From positions 728,856-792,855 of the forward strand of contig CAVVKE010000002.1 in NCBI GenBank assembly GCA_963748845.1: DNA of 64,000 nucleotides, written 5' to 3'. The notes below the pieces were generated by a model. That model saw only the letters and a list, made by a program, of their open reading frames with translations, made no database searches and was not told the origin of the DNA. Shown here piece after piece: positions 1 to 8,997 of the stretch. Source of the DNA: an uncultured Acidobacteriota bacterium. GTDB lineage: Bacteria > Acidobacteriota > Terriglobia > Acidiferrales > UBA7541. Within the stretch, counting starts at the first letter, position 1; each line of letters opens with the position of its first letter. Both the position numbers and the translations under genes were made by a program.

Positions 1-2195
1 ACCTTTGCGCAAGCATCACTGGAGAGGTGCTTGGACAGACTGTGCAAGTCTTCGTTCCGTCCAAGGACGGCGGACGAGACGGTGCGTTCCACGGGCAGTG
101 GGATCGGTCAAGGAATGAACAATGGTCGGGGTCATTCACGGTTCAATGTAAGTTCACACATAAGAAAGATACGACACTTTTAGCACGAAACCTGGACGAC
201 GAATTGGACAAAGCCAAGCGTCTCGCCGCTCAAGGCTTTGCAGACAACTATATCTTGATGACGAATTGTGCGCTCTCCGGAAGCAGCGACGAACTGCTTC
301 GTAAGCACTTTCTTTCGGTTCCAGGAATTAGAAATTTCGTGGCATTCGGAAAGGACTGGATCGACCGAAAGATTCACGAATCCGCGCGACTACGAATGTT
401 AGTGCCCCGCGTTTATGGTCTTGGAGACCTAAGTCAAATTTTGGACGAGCGCGCGTATGCTCAAGCCACTGAGATTTTGAGTTCTCTTGGCGACGACCTG
501 GCAACTTTTGTCATCACCGAGGCTCACAGAAAGAGCGTCCGGGCATTAGTCGAAAAGGGATTCGTGCTTCTCTTGGGTGAACCGGCGGCTGGTAAATCGA
601 CCATTGCGGCGAGCCTTGCTATCGGTGCGATCGATGTATGGGGTTGCTCTACGATCAAGGTTCGGCACCCGGAGGAGTTTGTCCTCCACTGGAACCCTAA
701 TGAGCCTAAGCAATTCTTCTGGGTTGACGATGCGTTTGGCCCGAATCAGTACCTGCGAGATCTTGCGATGGCGTGGAACACCGCGCTCCCGCATCTAAAG
801 GCAGCGGTTCGCAAGGGTGCCAGAATCGTCTTCACGTCCCGCGATTACATTTACCGCTCCGCAAAGCGCGACCTTAAAGAGAGCGCTTTTCCACTTCTAG
901 TCGATTCGCAAGTAGTGATCAATGTCCAGAAGCTCTCTCAGGCTGAGCGCGAACAGATCCTCTACAACCATATTAAGATGGGCAATCAACCGAAGACTTT
1001 CAAGGCGGAAATCAAGCCACGTTTATATACAGTCGCAGGCCATCACGACTTTCGCCCTGAAATCGCGAGACGCCTTGGAAGCCGTTTCTTCACTCGTAGT
1101 CTTGGCAAACATCGAGAAGCCCTGATGCGCTTCGTAAGCGAGCCGGTTGCTTTCTTGAAGGAAATCATCTGCTCGCTCGACGCCGATAGTAAGGGTGCGC
1201 TTGCCGTGATTTTCTTGAATGGCGGCACGGCTGACAGTCCATTGAGTTTGACCCCGGCTGTGCTCCGCGCTGTCGAGATGCTGGGCGCTTCTGCAGTCGG
1301 CGTGCGGCAAGCGATCTCAGCATTGGAAGGCAGTGTGACGAAACTCAGCCGTTCGCAAGGACAGGCGAAATGGACATTCAAACACCCGACCGTCGGGGAT
1401 GCCTTTGCCGAAGTTGTAGCCGAAGATCCGGAACTATTGGATATCTATCTTCGGGGTGCAAAGATCGACAAACTTGTGCGAGAGGTAGTTTGTGGTGATC
1501 TGCGCTTGTCCGGCGCAAAGGTCGTTGTGCCTGAACGTAGATTCGTTGATTTGGCGAACCGCGTCAATGGCGAGCTTCAGATCGACCGCATCTGTGACTT
1601 CCTTGGTTCCAGGTGCAGTCTTTCGTTTCTAAAATTCTACTTTAAGAATTGCCCAAACGTCTTGGAGTACGTGTGCTCACCCGGTTCCTACCTGCATGCT
1701 ACTTTGCACACAGAGCTAATCCCCAAACTTCAGAAGCACAGGTTGCTCCCCAGCACGCATCGTCGAAAATTGATCGACACAGTCATGGACCTGGTCGTGG
1801 CAACTCCTGACGCTGATTTTCTTACTGTCGAGCGAGTGGGACGGGTCTTCACAGTAGCGGAGAAAGAACAGTTTCTATCTGCAATTCGGATGAAGGTAAT
1901 CCCGAACCTAGGCGATATCATCTCGGACTGGAAATTCAATTACAACCGCGAACGAGAGGAACCGGAGGAGTATTTCGAAATGCTCCAAGGGGCGTTGCGT
2001 GCCTACCAGGAAACGTTTAGCAAAGAGAATCAAACTGTCGCGCTGATTGCAACAGGCTTGGAGCGTATTCATGAATTAATCGTTGAGCTCAATGAAGATT
2101 ACGATCGTCCAAAATCCAATTTGTGGGAGCCCGATAACTCCGGGACACCCCCACCGCCATCAGACCGAGATCTATTCGATGACGTAGACCTCTAG
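1..2195 (+). CDS. Mrr-like PD-(D/E)xK nuclease domain fused to a STAND-type P-loop NTPase; 5' end cut by the window edge
   Basis: The frame is open from nt 3, with no stop before the listed GTG at 27, so the gene begins upstream. The N-terminus SKDGGRDGAF...FTVQCKF fits the Mrr-type D...QxK nuclease motif. Walker A is LLLGEPAAGKST and Walker B is FFWVDDAFG, followed by about 450 aa of helical region. Confidence 0.75.
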   Translation, partial: LCASITGEVLGQTVQVFVPSKDGGRDGAFHGQWDRSRNEQWSGSFTVQCKFTHKKDTTLLARNLDDELDKAKRLAAQGFADNYILMTNCALSGSSDELLRKHFLSVPGIRNFVAFGKDWIDRKIHESARLRMLVPRVYGLGDLSQILDERAYAQATEILSSLGDDLATFVITEAHRKSVRALVEKGFVLLLGEPAAGKSTIAASLAIGAIDVWGCSTIKVRHPEEFVLHWNPNEPKQFFWVDDAFGPNQYLRDLAMAWNTALPHLKAAVRKGARIVFTSRDYIYRSAKRDLKESAFPLLVDSQVVINVQKLSQAEREQILYNHIKMGNQPKTFKAEIKPRLYTVAGHHDFRPEIARRLGSRFFTRSLGKHREALMRFVSEPVAFLKEIICSLDADSKGALAVIFLNGGTADSPLSLTPAVLRAVEMLGASAVGVRQAISALEGSVTKLSRSQGQAKWTFKHPTVGDAFAEVVAEDPELLDIYLRGAKIDKLVREVVCGDLRLSGAKVVVPERRFVDLANRVNGELQIDRICDFLGSRCSLSFLKFYFKNCPNVLEYVCSPGSYLHATLHTELIPKLQKHRLLPSTHRRKLIDTVMDLVVATPDADFLTVERVGRVFTVAEKEQFLSAIRMKVIPNLGDIISDWKFNYNREREEPEEYFEMLQGALRAYQETFSKENQTVALIATGLERIHELIVELNEDYDRPKSNLWEPDNSGTPPPPSDRDLFDDVDL

Positions 2196-2487
2196 GTGGC
2201 GGTACCGAGAGGAATTGAGATCCTCTTTTCGAATGCACTGTGCACAACTAGCCGAGCGCAACGCCATCGGAAATCCGGTGACGAAATGCATTCAGGGACC
2301 TGTGATTTTCAGGTGCCCGTTAAGTGGAGGGCCGCCACGATATTTCATCGCCGGTGATGAAGCCTTCCAAATCCGGTTGTCATCCGTGCCGCTGAAAATT
2401 AGTGCGCCAGAACCGGATCAATAGGCTTATCTGCCCCCTTTTGCCCCCGCGTGAAATTGTTAAGTCCCGACCAATCAGGAAGATGGT

Positions 2488-2562
2488 TGGTAGGGGCGGT
2501 GGGGATCGAACCCACGACCTTCGGCTTAAAAGGCCGCTGCTCTACCACTGAGCTACGCCCCT
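2488..2562 (-). tRNA. tRNA-Lys (anticodon UUU), CCA encoded
   Basis: The reverse complement folds as a 75-nt cloverleaf. Acceptor stem AGGGGCG/CGCCCCT; D stem GCTC/GAGC; anticodon loop CUUUUAA (UUU); T arm GTGGG-TTCGATC-CCCAC; discriminator A plus CCA. Confidence 0.93.
2526..2562 (-). repeat. att core copy inside the intact tRNA-Lys (tRNA nt 1-37)
   Basis: TTAAAAGGCCGCTGCTCTACCACTGAGCTACGCCCCT is identical, 37/37, to 16340..16376. Confidence 0.9.
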
Positions 2563-3809
2563 TAACTCGTTCTAAATAAGTTAATTGGAGAAATCGGCTG
2601 CTCCGAATCAGGCTTCGGTATCCCCGTAGTATGCCTGTCGCGCAAAGTCTTGTGGTATTCGCTCAGTCTGTGGCCGGCGTCGCGCACGTCCTGCGCCGAC
2701 GTGATGTTGTACCGAGAGAAAATGCTGTCGGTCGCATGGCCGCTGACCTTTCGGGCCACGTCGCGCGACACACCGGCGCGAATCAGGTTCCGGACTCCGC
2801 TTCTCCGCAGGTCATGGTAGATTTTCCCGACGTACTCCATTTTCTCCTTGGCCCTTGACCGTGGACCGCGAGGCGGTGCCAGGGCTGGCTTGCCCGTCGC
2901 CGGGTCCATCTTCGGCTCGAAGTGTCCAAGGCCGGCTTTCACACACGAGCTGTACCATGCCTTGCGGAAAGACTTGACCCGTCCCGCGTGCCCCTTCCTG
3001 TCCAGCTTGTAGCAGACAAATTCGCATTCCGGTTGACGCTTCGCGCGCTGCTCGAGGAGTAGGGCCCGAAGCTCCGGGATGATCGGAATCGTGCGTGCGT
3101 CGTCGTTCTTGGTCTCGCCGGGCATAAGCTCAATGACGTTCCCGAGAAGATCAATCTGCTCCCATCGAAGCCCAAGGATCTCGCCTTCCCTCATGCCTGT
3201 GAAGTAACCGAGTGCGAAGGGCACTCGCAAATAGCCGGGCAAGACCTGCAGGAGCCCCTCATAGTCTGCTCTTTCGAAGAAACCCTTCCGCGGCGCAGGT
3301 TCCTTCAACATCGGAAAATGGGGAACATCGTGCAGCTTCCCATCCTCCACGGCGAGGTTGAACATCCGGCGCAAGGCTGAGAGTGATCGGTTGGTCGTGC
3401 CATTGCCGAGCCCGCGTTCCCGCTGGTCCTTGATGAATCGGCGAATCGTATCCGTTGAAATCTCTCGGGCGTAGTAGCCGGAGAAGAAATCATCCAAGCG
3501 CACAACCTTGTCGAGATAGAGCTTCCCTTCCCGATCGCGACGCAGCGACTTGCGGTTGTTGTTCTCGTAATCCAGGAAGAAAGCGGCCCGCATATCCTCG
3601 TAGCTGAGTTTGCCGACATCCGGGTGAACGTCCGCTTCGACCTGGCCGATCAGGCGCCGGAGCTTTTTCGCGGCCTTCTCCCAGTCATCGGTACCGCTGG
3701 ATACGCGCACCTGTTCGCCATGCATGTAATACTGCAACCACCAAAAGGGACTCTTATTCTGCCGGAAGATCCGGCCAGTTCCCCGCGCTCGCTTTTTCTG
3801 TTCGCTCAT
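2562..3809 (-). CDS. Tyrosine recombinase / phage-type integrase
   Basis: Box I is FTGMREGEILGLRWEQIDL, followed by HDLRRSGVRNLIRAG (HxxR) and the catalytic-Tyr region SIFSRYNI. Preferred start is MSEQKKRARGTGRIF at 3809; the longer listed ORF to 4001 overlaps another gene. The TAA stop overlaps tRNA nt 1. Confidence 0.9.
   Translation of the reverse strand: MSEQKKRARGTGRIFRQNKSPFWWLQYYMHGEQVRVSSGTDDWEKAAKKLRRLIGQVEADVHPDVGKLSYEDMRAAFFLDYENNNRKSLRRDREGKLYLDKVVRLDDFFSGYYAREISTDTIRRFIKDQRERGLGNGTTNRSLSALRRMFNLAVEDGKLHDVPHFPMLKEPAPRKGFFERADYEGLLQVLPGYLRVPFALGYFTGMREGEILGLRWEQIDLLGNVIELMPGETKNDDARTIPIIPELRALLLEQRAKRQPECEFVCYKLDRKGHAGRVKSFRKAWYSSCVKAGLGHFEPKMDPATGKPALAPPRGPRSRAKEKMEYVGKIYHDLRRSGVRNLIRAGVSRDVARKVSGHATDSIFSRYNITSAQDVRDAGHRLSEYHKTLRDRHTTGIPKPDSEQPISPINLFRTS
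2617..2637. promoter_or_regulatory. Putative integrase arm-type site pair (GGTATCCCCG-T-AGTATGCCTG)
   Basis: Nearly the same double motif occurs at 16200..16222 (CAGTATCCCCG-TC-AGTATGCCCG) in the same orientation. Each lies inside the element close to an att core copy. Confidence 0.5.
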
Positions 3810-3973
3810 GGTCTGCCCTTCCGCGGCCGCCCGCCCTTTTTGGCCCACTTCGAGAGCGTCGCCTTGTCGTACTTGGCGGCGCGGGCTTTGCCGCCGGCAC
3901 TTGTCAGTTCCCGGTACAGCTCCTGCCGTACCTGCTCTTTCAGCTTCTTGCTGATCCTCATGCGCCCAATCAT
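3806..3973 (-). CDS. Small basic protein with a KKGGRPRKGRP tail (putative DNA-binding), translationally coupled to the integrase
   Basis: ATGA overlap with the integrase start (3806..3809). The sequence MIGRMRISKKLKEQVRQELYRELTSAGGKARAAKYDKATLSKWAKKGGRPRKGRP is lysine/arginine rich. The start codon is uncertain (3997, 3973 or 3961). Confidence 0.45.
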   Translation of the reverse strand: MIGRMRISKKLKEQVRQELYRELTSAGGKARAAKYDKATLSKWAKKGGRPRKGRP

Positions 3974-3989
3974 ATAGCTTGCAGTGCAG
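3967..3989. promoter_or_regulatory. Inverted repeat GCTTGCA-N9-TGCAAGC in the divergent int / SprT-like promoter region
   Basis: 7-bp perfect arms seen directly in the sequence, lying between two divergently transcribed genes. Confidence 0.25.
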
Positions 3990-4069
3990 GTTTGCAAGCA
4001 CTATTATGGATGGAAGGAAATGGCACGGGGGAGCTGATTCCGCTTAGTGCTCGAAGCCAGGGAAGAAGC

Positions 4070-4813
4070 ATGATAACCACGTGGACGAACGAGCGATTGC
4101 AGAGTCTCTTCGATCGCTACAACCGAATTTACTGGCGTGGGAAGTTACCGCGTTTCCGTCTGGAGATCGCAACCCTGGACCGTCACATTATGGGACAGTG
4201 TTTCCATTCAAGCCGTACCATCAAGATTGATCTGGCGGAGCACAAAAGCGACCGTGAGCTTCGCGGCACACTCCTGCATGAGATGGCCCACGCCGGCGAT
4301 TTCCCTCGCCAATACCGCGGTCACGGACTCCGTTTCTTTGCTCAGATAGAGCGGCTACTCCGAAAGGGAGCGCCCATCACCGTAAAAAACGCGGAGGCCG
4401 GGCAAGTGCAAATGTTCCTGGGGCTTGTACCTGCCCGCTTCCCGCTGCTGAAACGAAAAATGGAGATGCTCGAGGCAAGGCGAGTAAAAAGAATCGACGG
4501 TCACGCAAAGGCGGATCGCCTGGGACCGGGCATCGAGCTTACCGACATCGACATCATCCACTCCTTCGAGGACTGTGCGCATCTGCGCTGGAAATCGGCA
4601 CTCTTCCGCGTCGGTACTCTGCACGCTATGGTGGATGAAACCTACCGCCCGTTGGACGCCCGGGCGCGTCGGCTGATAGCTAAAGGGCGCATAGCTCACC
4701 GTCGCGTGCGACGTGACCACCTGGAACATGAGAGGCGCGCGCGAGCACTCGGGATTCAGACTGTGCCTGATGATGTGGGCATGATCCAGCAAGAAAAACG
4801 CCTCGGACTGTGA
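4070..4813 (+). CDS. SprT-like zinc metalloprotease domain protein
   Basis: HExxH motif in TLLHEMAHAG. The N-terminal region TWTNERLQSLFDRYNRIYWRGKLP is typical of SprT-like domains. ATG at 4070 is preceded by GGGAAG. Confidence 0.7.
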   Translation: MITTWTNERLQSLFDRYNRIYWRGKLPRFRLEIATLDRHIMGQCFHSSRTIKIDLAEHKSDRELRGTLLHEMAHAGDFPRQYRGHGLRFFAQIERLLRKGAPITVKNAEAGQVQMFLGLVPARFPLLKRKMEMLEARRVKRIDGHAKADRLGPGIELTDIDIIHSFEDCAHLRWKSALFRVGTLHAMVDETYRPLDARARRLIAKGRIAHRRVRRDHLEHERRARALGIQTVPDDVGMIQQEKRLGL

Positions 4814-5649
4814 GCGGGGCTAGAAGGGTGCGCGGCATGGACACACCATTGGCTATCGAACTACGCCGACTGCATACCTGGGAGATCGCGGATCCGCAGG
4901 AACAGCAGCAGGCCGGAAGAAAGGTCTTCCAAGAACTCGACGAGATGCATGCGCCGCCGGCCAGCGCAACAGAGAGAGCTTTCTACGGAGACGAACTCTT
5001 CCGGACGATCCGGTACCACTTTTCCCATGCATTATCGCCTGCCGACCTGGAGCTTTGGAATTCCCTCCCCCCCAAGATTCCCAAACAGGATCGAGAACGC
5101 CTTCGGATCCTGCGTGCGTTTGACCTCTACCTAGTCGAACAATTCCTAAAATATGGCTGGAAAATCTTTTTAAGCGACTGCGCATTGCAGCGATACGCTC
5201 ACTGGCAACAGCACGATTTACAGCTGGTGCGGCTCGCCCATAAGAACCAAGAGCGCCACGCCCGGATCCTGCAGCGGGAAGTCGGAGGCTTCTATCCGGT
5301 CAGTGCCGAGGATCTGCGCCGGGCCGAGGAGTTGCTGCCTGAGCTGCGAGTCCTGCTTCGCAAGGTCCGCGACGACTGGCACGGCCGCACCAATTCCGAT
5401 TTAGTCAGATTCCTGCAGCAGGAGATTGAAGGCAACCCCGTGAGTTACCCCAAAACGCTAAATGATCTGTCTGCTGTGCGGGGCTTCATTGCCTACAACC
5501 GCGACGAGGAATTTGCTTACAAGGTGGTGCGTGGCGGCCGGATCCGCGCCGAACGCTTCCTTTCTATGATGATGGAAAAAGGCACTGGCTATAGCCGTGG
5601 ACAGCTCAGAAACCTGAAAATCACCCCCAAAATCACCTCCAAATCGTAA
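4810..5649 (+). CDS. Hypothetical protein, coupled to the SprT-like gene
   Basis: 279-aa ORF with a GTGA overlap to the upstream stop. Its composition looks coding, but no motif was recognised. Confidence 0.55.
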   Translation: MSGARRVRGMDTPLAIELRRLHTWEIADPQEQQQAGRKVFQELDEMHAPPASATERAFYGDELFRTIRYHFSHALSPADLELWNSLPPKIPKQDRERLRILRAFDLYLVEQFLKYGWKIFLSDCALQRYAHWQQHDLQLVRLAHKNQERHARILQREVGGFYPVSAEDLRRAEELLPELRVLLRKVRDDWHGRTNSDLVRFLQQEIEGNPVSYPKTLNDLSAVRGFIAYNRDEEFAYKVVRGGRIRAERFLSMMMEKGTGYSRGQLRNLKITPKITSKS

Positions 5650-5673
5650 CTGCCTGAAAACACTGCCACTTAA

Positions 5674-5704
5674 GCTGTCACAAAAAACAGGAATTTCTGA
5701 CAGC
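5674..5704. promoter_or_regulatory. Inverted repeat GCTGTCA-N17-TGACAGC upstream of the XRE gene (operator-like)
   Basis: 7-bp perfect arms about 30 bp upstream of the ATG at 5736. Confidence 0.3.
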
Positions 5705-5735
5705 CACCCCAGGATGGCTGATTTAGGATTCCGCC

Positions 5736-5966
5736 ATGTTCGACTTTCGTAAGGCTCGAATGTTTTTGGAGCTGCGGCAGATCGATGTTGCTCGCGCCAC
5801 TGGACTGACCATTCCCACCATTGCTCGCGCCGAACGCGGCGAGACGATCGACGGCTACCAGCACGGAATCTTGCGGCGGTTTCTGATGGCGCGGCTTCGT
5901 GAGGAATTGTCTGACGCGGGATCTGGGTCGAGCACGGCGGTCCGGCCTCTGCTCAGCCAGAGCTAA
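5736..5966 (+). CDS. XRE/Cro-CI family helix-turn-helix regulator
   Basis: LRQIDVARATGLTIPTIARAERGE matches the XRE HTH pattern. 76 aa. Confidence 0.75.
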   Translation: MFDFRKARMFLELRQIDVARATGLTIPTIARAERGETIDGYQHGILRRFLMARLREELSDAGSGSSTAVRPLLSQS

Positions 5967-5982
5967 GGCCCCAAAAAGACGA

Positions 5983-6008
5983 AGGCCGCTGATCTCAAGC
6001 AGCGGCCT
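5983..6008 (+). other. Stem-loop AGGCCGCTG-N8-CAGCGGCCT after the XRE gene
   Basis: 9-bp perfect stem with no following U-tract. It could be an attenuator or terminator. Confidence 0.3.
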
Positions 6009-6026
6009 CGAAAGGTAAGCAACGAA

Positions 6027-6275
6027 ATGAGCGCAGAAAACCTACCACGCGCGGAAGGCTCGAGTCAATCCGCTGATCAAAACCGCTGGCACACGGTGAA
6101 ATCCGCGCCGGGCTTCCTCCAAAGTTTGGGTCTGGTCGGCGTCACAAAATCCACGATCAGAGCGGCGATTACCAGCGGCTCGCTTCGCGCCGCCAGGCTC
6201 GGGAAGAGCTATTACGTCTCGACGTCATCGCTCTTGGAATGGATCTCGAAGCGCGAGGGAAGGAAAAGACCGTGA
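6027..6275 (+). CDS. Excisionase-family / MerR-like HTH DNA-binding protein
   Basis: GVTKSTIRAAITSGSLRAARLGKSYYVSTSSLLEWI resembles the excisionase-family HTH (HTH_17-like) pattern. Confidence 0.6.
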   Translation: MSAENLPRAEGSSQSADQNRWHTVKSAPGFLQSLGLVGVTKSTIRAAITSGSLRAARLGKSYYVSTSSLLEWISKREGRKRP

Positions 6276-6604
6276 CCAAAATTTTGGATTGGAAGCCGTT
6301 CCAGAAAAACACGCTGCGCGCTTTCTTTGGCGTGGCCCTGCCCTCCGGCATGATGATCCACGGTTTGCAGTTGCACGAAAAAGCCGGCTCGCGCTGGATC
6401 GGGATGCCCGCCAGAGAATACGAAAAGGATGGCCAGAAGGCCTGGGCCAAGATCATTGAATTCCAAAGCCGCGACGCTGCCGATCGATTCCGCGACGCGG
6501 TACTCGAAGCCATCGACCAGATGCAGAGTACGCCGCAGGCCTCAACGTCGAGGACGACGCCAGCAGCCTCCTCCCAGCGGACGCCGAGGGAGGCGCCATT
6601 TTGA
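6272..6604 (+). CDS. Hypothetical protein
   Basis: GTG at 6272 overlaps the upstream stop (GTGA). The protein begins VTKILDWKPFQKNTLRAFFGVALPSGMMIHGLQLHEKAGSRWIGMPAREY. It is coupled (TTGA) to the primase gene. Confidence 0.5.
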   Translation: MTKILDWKPFQKNTLRAFFGVALPSGMMIHGLQLHEKAGSRWIGMPAREYEKDGQKAWAKIIEFQSRDAADRFRDAVLEAIDQMQSTPQASTSRTTPAASSQRTPREAPF

Positions 6605-8703
6605 AATCCAAGACTCTGCCGGGCAAGCTCACTGCCGAGGATCTCGAATCCTTCGGCCGCCTGGGCATTTCTCCGGAGCTGCTGGAGCTCGCTGGCGTCG
6701 AGCGGGTCAGTGACGCCGAAGCGCGCGAGAAATTCGGCATTCGCTTCGATGGCGATCTGAGCGGCCTGGTTTTCCCCTACTTCATCAGCGGCAGGAGGGT
6801 GACGGCAAGAGTGCGGCGCGATCATCCCGAGAGGAACGCCGAGGGCAAACTCGAAAATAAATATATCAGCGCCTACGGCGATCGGCGTCATCTCTATCTT
6901 CCGCCCGACCATGAGCTGCTGCTCGAGGACGTGCATATTCCCCTGCTGTTCGTGGAGTCAGAAAAAGCCGTCCTGGCTGTAACGGAATGGTCGCGCCGAG
7001 TGGACAGCAAGGTTTTGCCCATCGGCTGCGGTGGCTGCTGGGGCTGGCGCGGCGTGGTCGGGATCAAGATCAATCCCAACGGCGCGCGCGAGGAAGAAAA
7101 AGATGCTCTGCCCGAAGTAGCCTTCGCCAAGCCAGGCCGCAAGTGCGGGATCCTGTTCGACGCAGACGCCGCAACCAATCCGAAGGTCGCGCGCGCCCGT
7201 GATGCATTCAGGCGGCAACTCCAAAAGCAAGGCGGGGAAGTTGGACTGATTGCCCTTCCCGTACTCGAAAACGTGAACGGCCCGGATGATTTCCTGGCCA
7301 TCTGCGGCGATGAAGCATTCCGGGATTTGCTCGAAGGAAAATACACGCCTGCGGCGAACTCCACCGGATCCGTGCTGCTGGGGTGCGAGGACACCAGCAA
7401 TGGCGAAAGATTTTCGAGCCAACATCACGAGACTGTCCGCTTCTGGCATGGCCGCGACATATACCTGCTGTGGTCTGGATCACATTGGGCCGAGGACGTG
7501 AACGAACAGGTCGCCGAGCTGGCGAAGCAGACGGCGCGAAACATTTACCTGGAGTGCTCCGTACTGCCCGACAAGGAAGCGGCACGCAGGGCCCGATGGG
7601 CCGAGCATTCGCTCAATTACGACAAGATCCTCGCCATGCTCAAATCGGCTCGATCCGACCCGCGCATCGCCATGACCACCGATAAGCTCGACCAGGATCC
7701 CTTCGCTCTCAATTTCTTGAACGGCACCGTTGATCTGCGCACAGGCGTGGTCCGCTCGCATCGGCGCGAAGATTACATTACAAAGCTCGTGCGCTTCAAT
7801 TTCGCACCCGACTTAGTCGCGCCAGGTTGGGAACTGTTTTTGAACGAGACCTTTGGCGATGGATTGTCGGATTGGGTGCAGAAGGCAATGGGCTACAGTC
7901 TGACCGGCAGCACGCGCGAAAAAGTAATGTTCCTGCTGCTTGGTCCGACGGACGCCGGCAAAACAACTTTTCTCGAAGTCCCGCGCGAGATCTTTCCCGA
8001 TTACTCCAAACGGATCTCCATCGAGTCGCTGATGTGGTCGAAGCAGCAAGACAACAACACCAGCGCCGACCTGGCCGACCTGCGCGGGGCTCGCTTTGCG
8101 GTTACGTCGGAAGTCGAGGAAGGCCAGCGTTTGCGCGAGTCCATGCTTAAAAGTATCACGCAAGGAATGGGGACGATCAAGAAGGCGCGAAAATATGAGA
8201 ACCCCATCGAATTTCCAGAAACACACAAGCTCTGGCTCGACGCCAACTTCGCGCCCGTAATCCGCGGCATCGATGCCGCCATCTGGAATCGCATGTTGCC
8301 GATTCCTTGCGACCACGTCATCCCAAAAGGAAAGCAAGACCGTGAACTGAAAGCAAAGCTGCTTCGTGAAGCCGAGGGCATCGTGAGCTGGGTAGTCCGC
8401 GGCGCCGTCCGTTGGTATGCCGAAGGCCTGGAGCCCATTCCAAACGAAGTCGAACGACGCCGAGGCAAGTGGCGAGCGGAAATGGACATCATCAGCGAGC
8501 ACCTCGCTGAATTCTACGTCGAAGATCCGCAAGGCTGGTGCTTCGCCAGCGAAATGTATAAACGCTACTGCGAGAAGGTTCCTCACCCCATGAGCCAGAC
8601 TGTTTTCGGGGAACGACTCGCAGCTAAGGGTTTCGGAAAAGACAAGGATCCTGAAAAACGCCGCACCATCTATAAAGGCCTTAGATTGAGAGACTTGCCG
8701 TGA
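6601..8703 (+). CDS. Phage/plasmid primase-helicase (Toprim-like N-domain plus P4/D5-family NTPase)
   Basis: Toprim-like LLFVESEKAVLAV and ILFDADAATNP. P4-type central region FLNGTVDLRTGVVRSHRREDYITK. Walker A LLLGPTDAGKTTFLEV. Confidence 0.85.
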   Translation: MKSKTLPGKLTAEDLESFGRLGISPELLELAGVERVSDAEAREKFGIRFDGDLSGLVFPYFISGRRVTARVRRDHPERNAEGKLENKYISAYGDRRHLYLPPDHELLLEDVHIPLLFVESEKAVLAVTEWSRRVDSKVLPIGCGGCWGWRGVVGIKINPNGAREEEKDALPEVAFAKPGRKCGILFDADAATNPKVARARDAFRRQLQKQGGEVGLIALPVLENVNGPDDFLAICGDEAFRDLLEGKYTPAANSTGSVLLGCEDTSNGERFSSQHHETVRFWHGRDIYLLWSGSHWAEDVNEQVAELAKQTARNIYLECSVLPDKEAARRARWAEHSLNYDKILAMLKSARSDPRIAMTTDKLDQDPFALNFLNGTVDLRTGVVRSHRREDYITKLVRFNFAPDLVAPGWELFLNETFGDGLSDWVQKAMGYSLTGSTREKVMFLLLGPTDAGKTTFLEVPREIFPDYSKRISIESLMWSKQQDNNTSADLADLRGARFAVTSEVEEGQRLRESMLKSITQGMGTIKKARKYENPIEFPETHKLWLDANFAPVIRGIDAAIWNRMLPIPCDHVIPKGKQDRELKAKLLREAEGIVSWVVRGAVRWYAEGLEPIPNEVERRRGKWRAEMDIISEHLAEFYVEDPQGWCFASEMYKRYCEKVPHPMSQTVFGERLAAKGFGKDKDPEKRRTIYKGLRLRDLP

Positions 8704-8879
8704 TTGCCAGCCAATTCCGAAACAGTCGAAACACTTCTCCGGTAACTTTCCTATGACCCACCTCACGTGGAAAAGTTATGGAGAACCCTTTCAACCCTTT
8801 CGGAAACCCCCATTTCTGCCCGTCCAGCCATCCGCACTCGCTGCTGTCGGGAAGGGGCAGTTTCGAGCGGTAGAGCATC

Positions 8880-8899
8880 GGGCATACTGCGGGCATACT
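8880..8899 (+). repeat. Tandem 9-bp direct repeat GGGCATACT-GC-GGGCATACT
   Basis: Seen directly in the sequence, about 100 bp upstream of the terminase module. Confidence 0.3.
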
Positions 8900-8997
8900 A
8901 TGCTTGCGGGGGTGTAAGTCACGATGAGTCAGCAACTTAAAGGCAGTCAGCGCCGAGCGTCAGTCTCGCAATCCGAAGCTCTACGACTGCCACGCCT

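Noticed and set aside
2296-2424. WD40-like peptide (ALIFSGTDDNRIWK) in a minus-strand frame between the NTPase gene and the tRNA
   Set aside because: Only about 41 codons with no start codon. The similarity is too short to distinguish from chance.
2435-2450. 14-mer CCTTTTGCCCCCGC shared between 2435..2450 and 45405..45420
   Set aside because: A rough calculation gives on the order of ten chance 14-mer matches in a 64-kb window counted on both strands. There is no extended similarity around it.
6169-8766. Long antisense ORFs inside the primase region (6169..6936, 6894..7400, 6958..7449, 7813..8766). Similar shadow ORFs occur elsewhere (10336..10893, 17028..19805 plus-strand set, 23724..24353, 25300..26016, 41579..42262, 42980..43705, 62451..63032).
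   Set aside because: They lie opposite ORFs with clear family motifs. They have Arg/Pro/Ser-rich low-complexity translations typical of antisense frames in GC-rich DNA.
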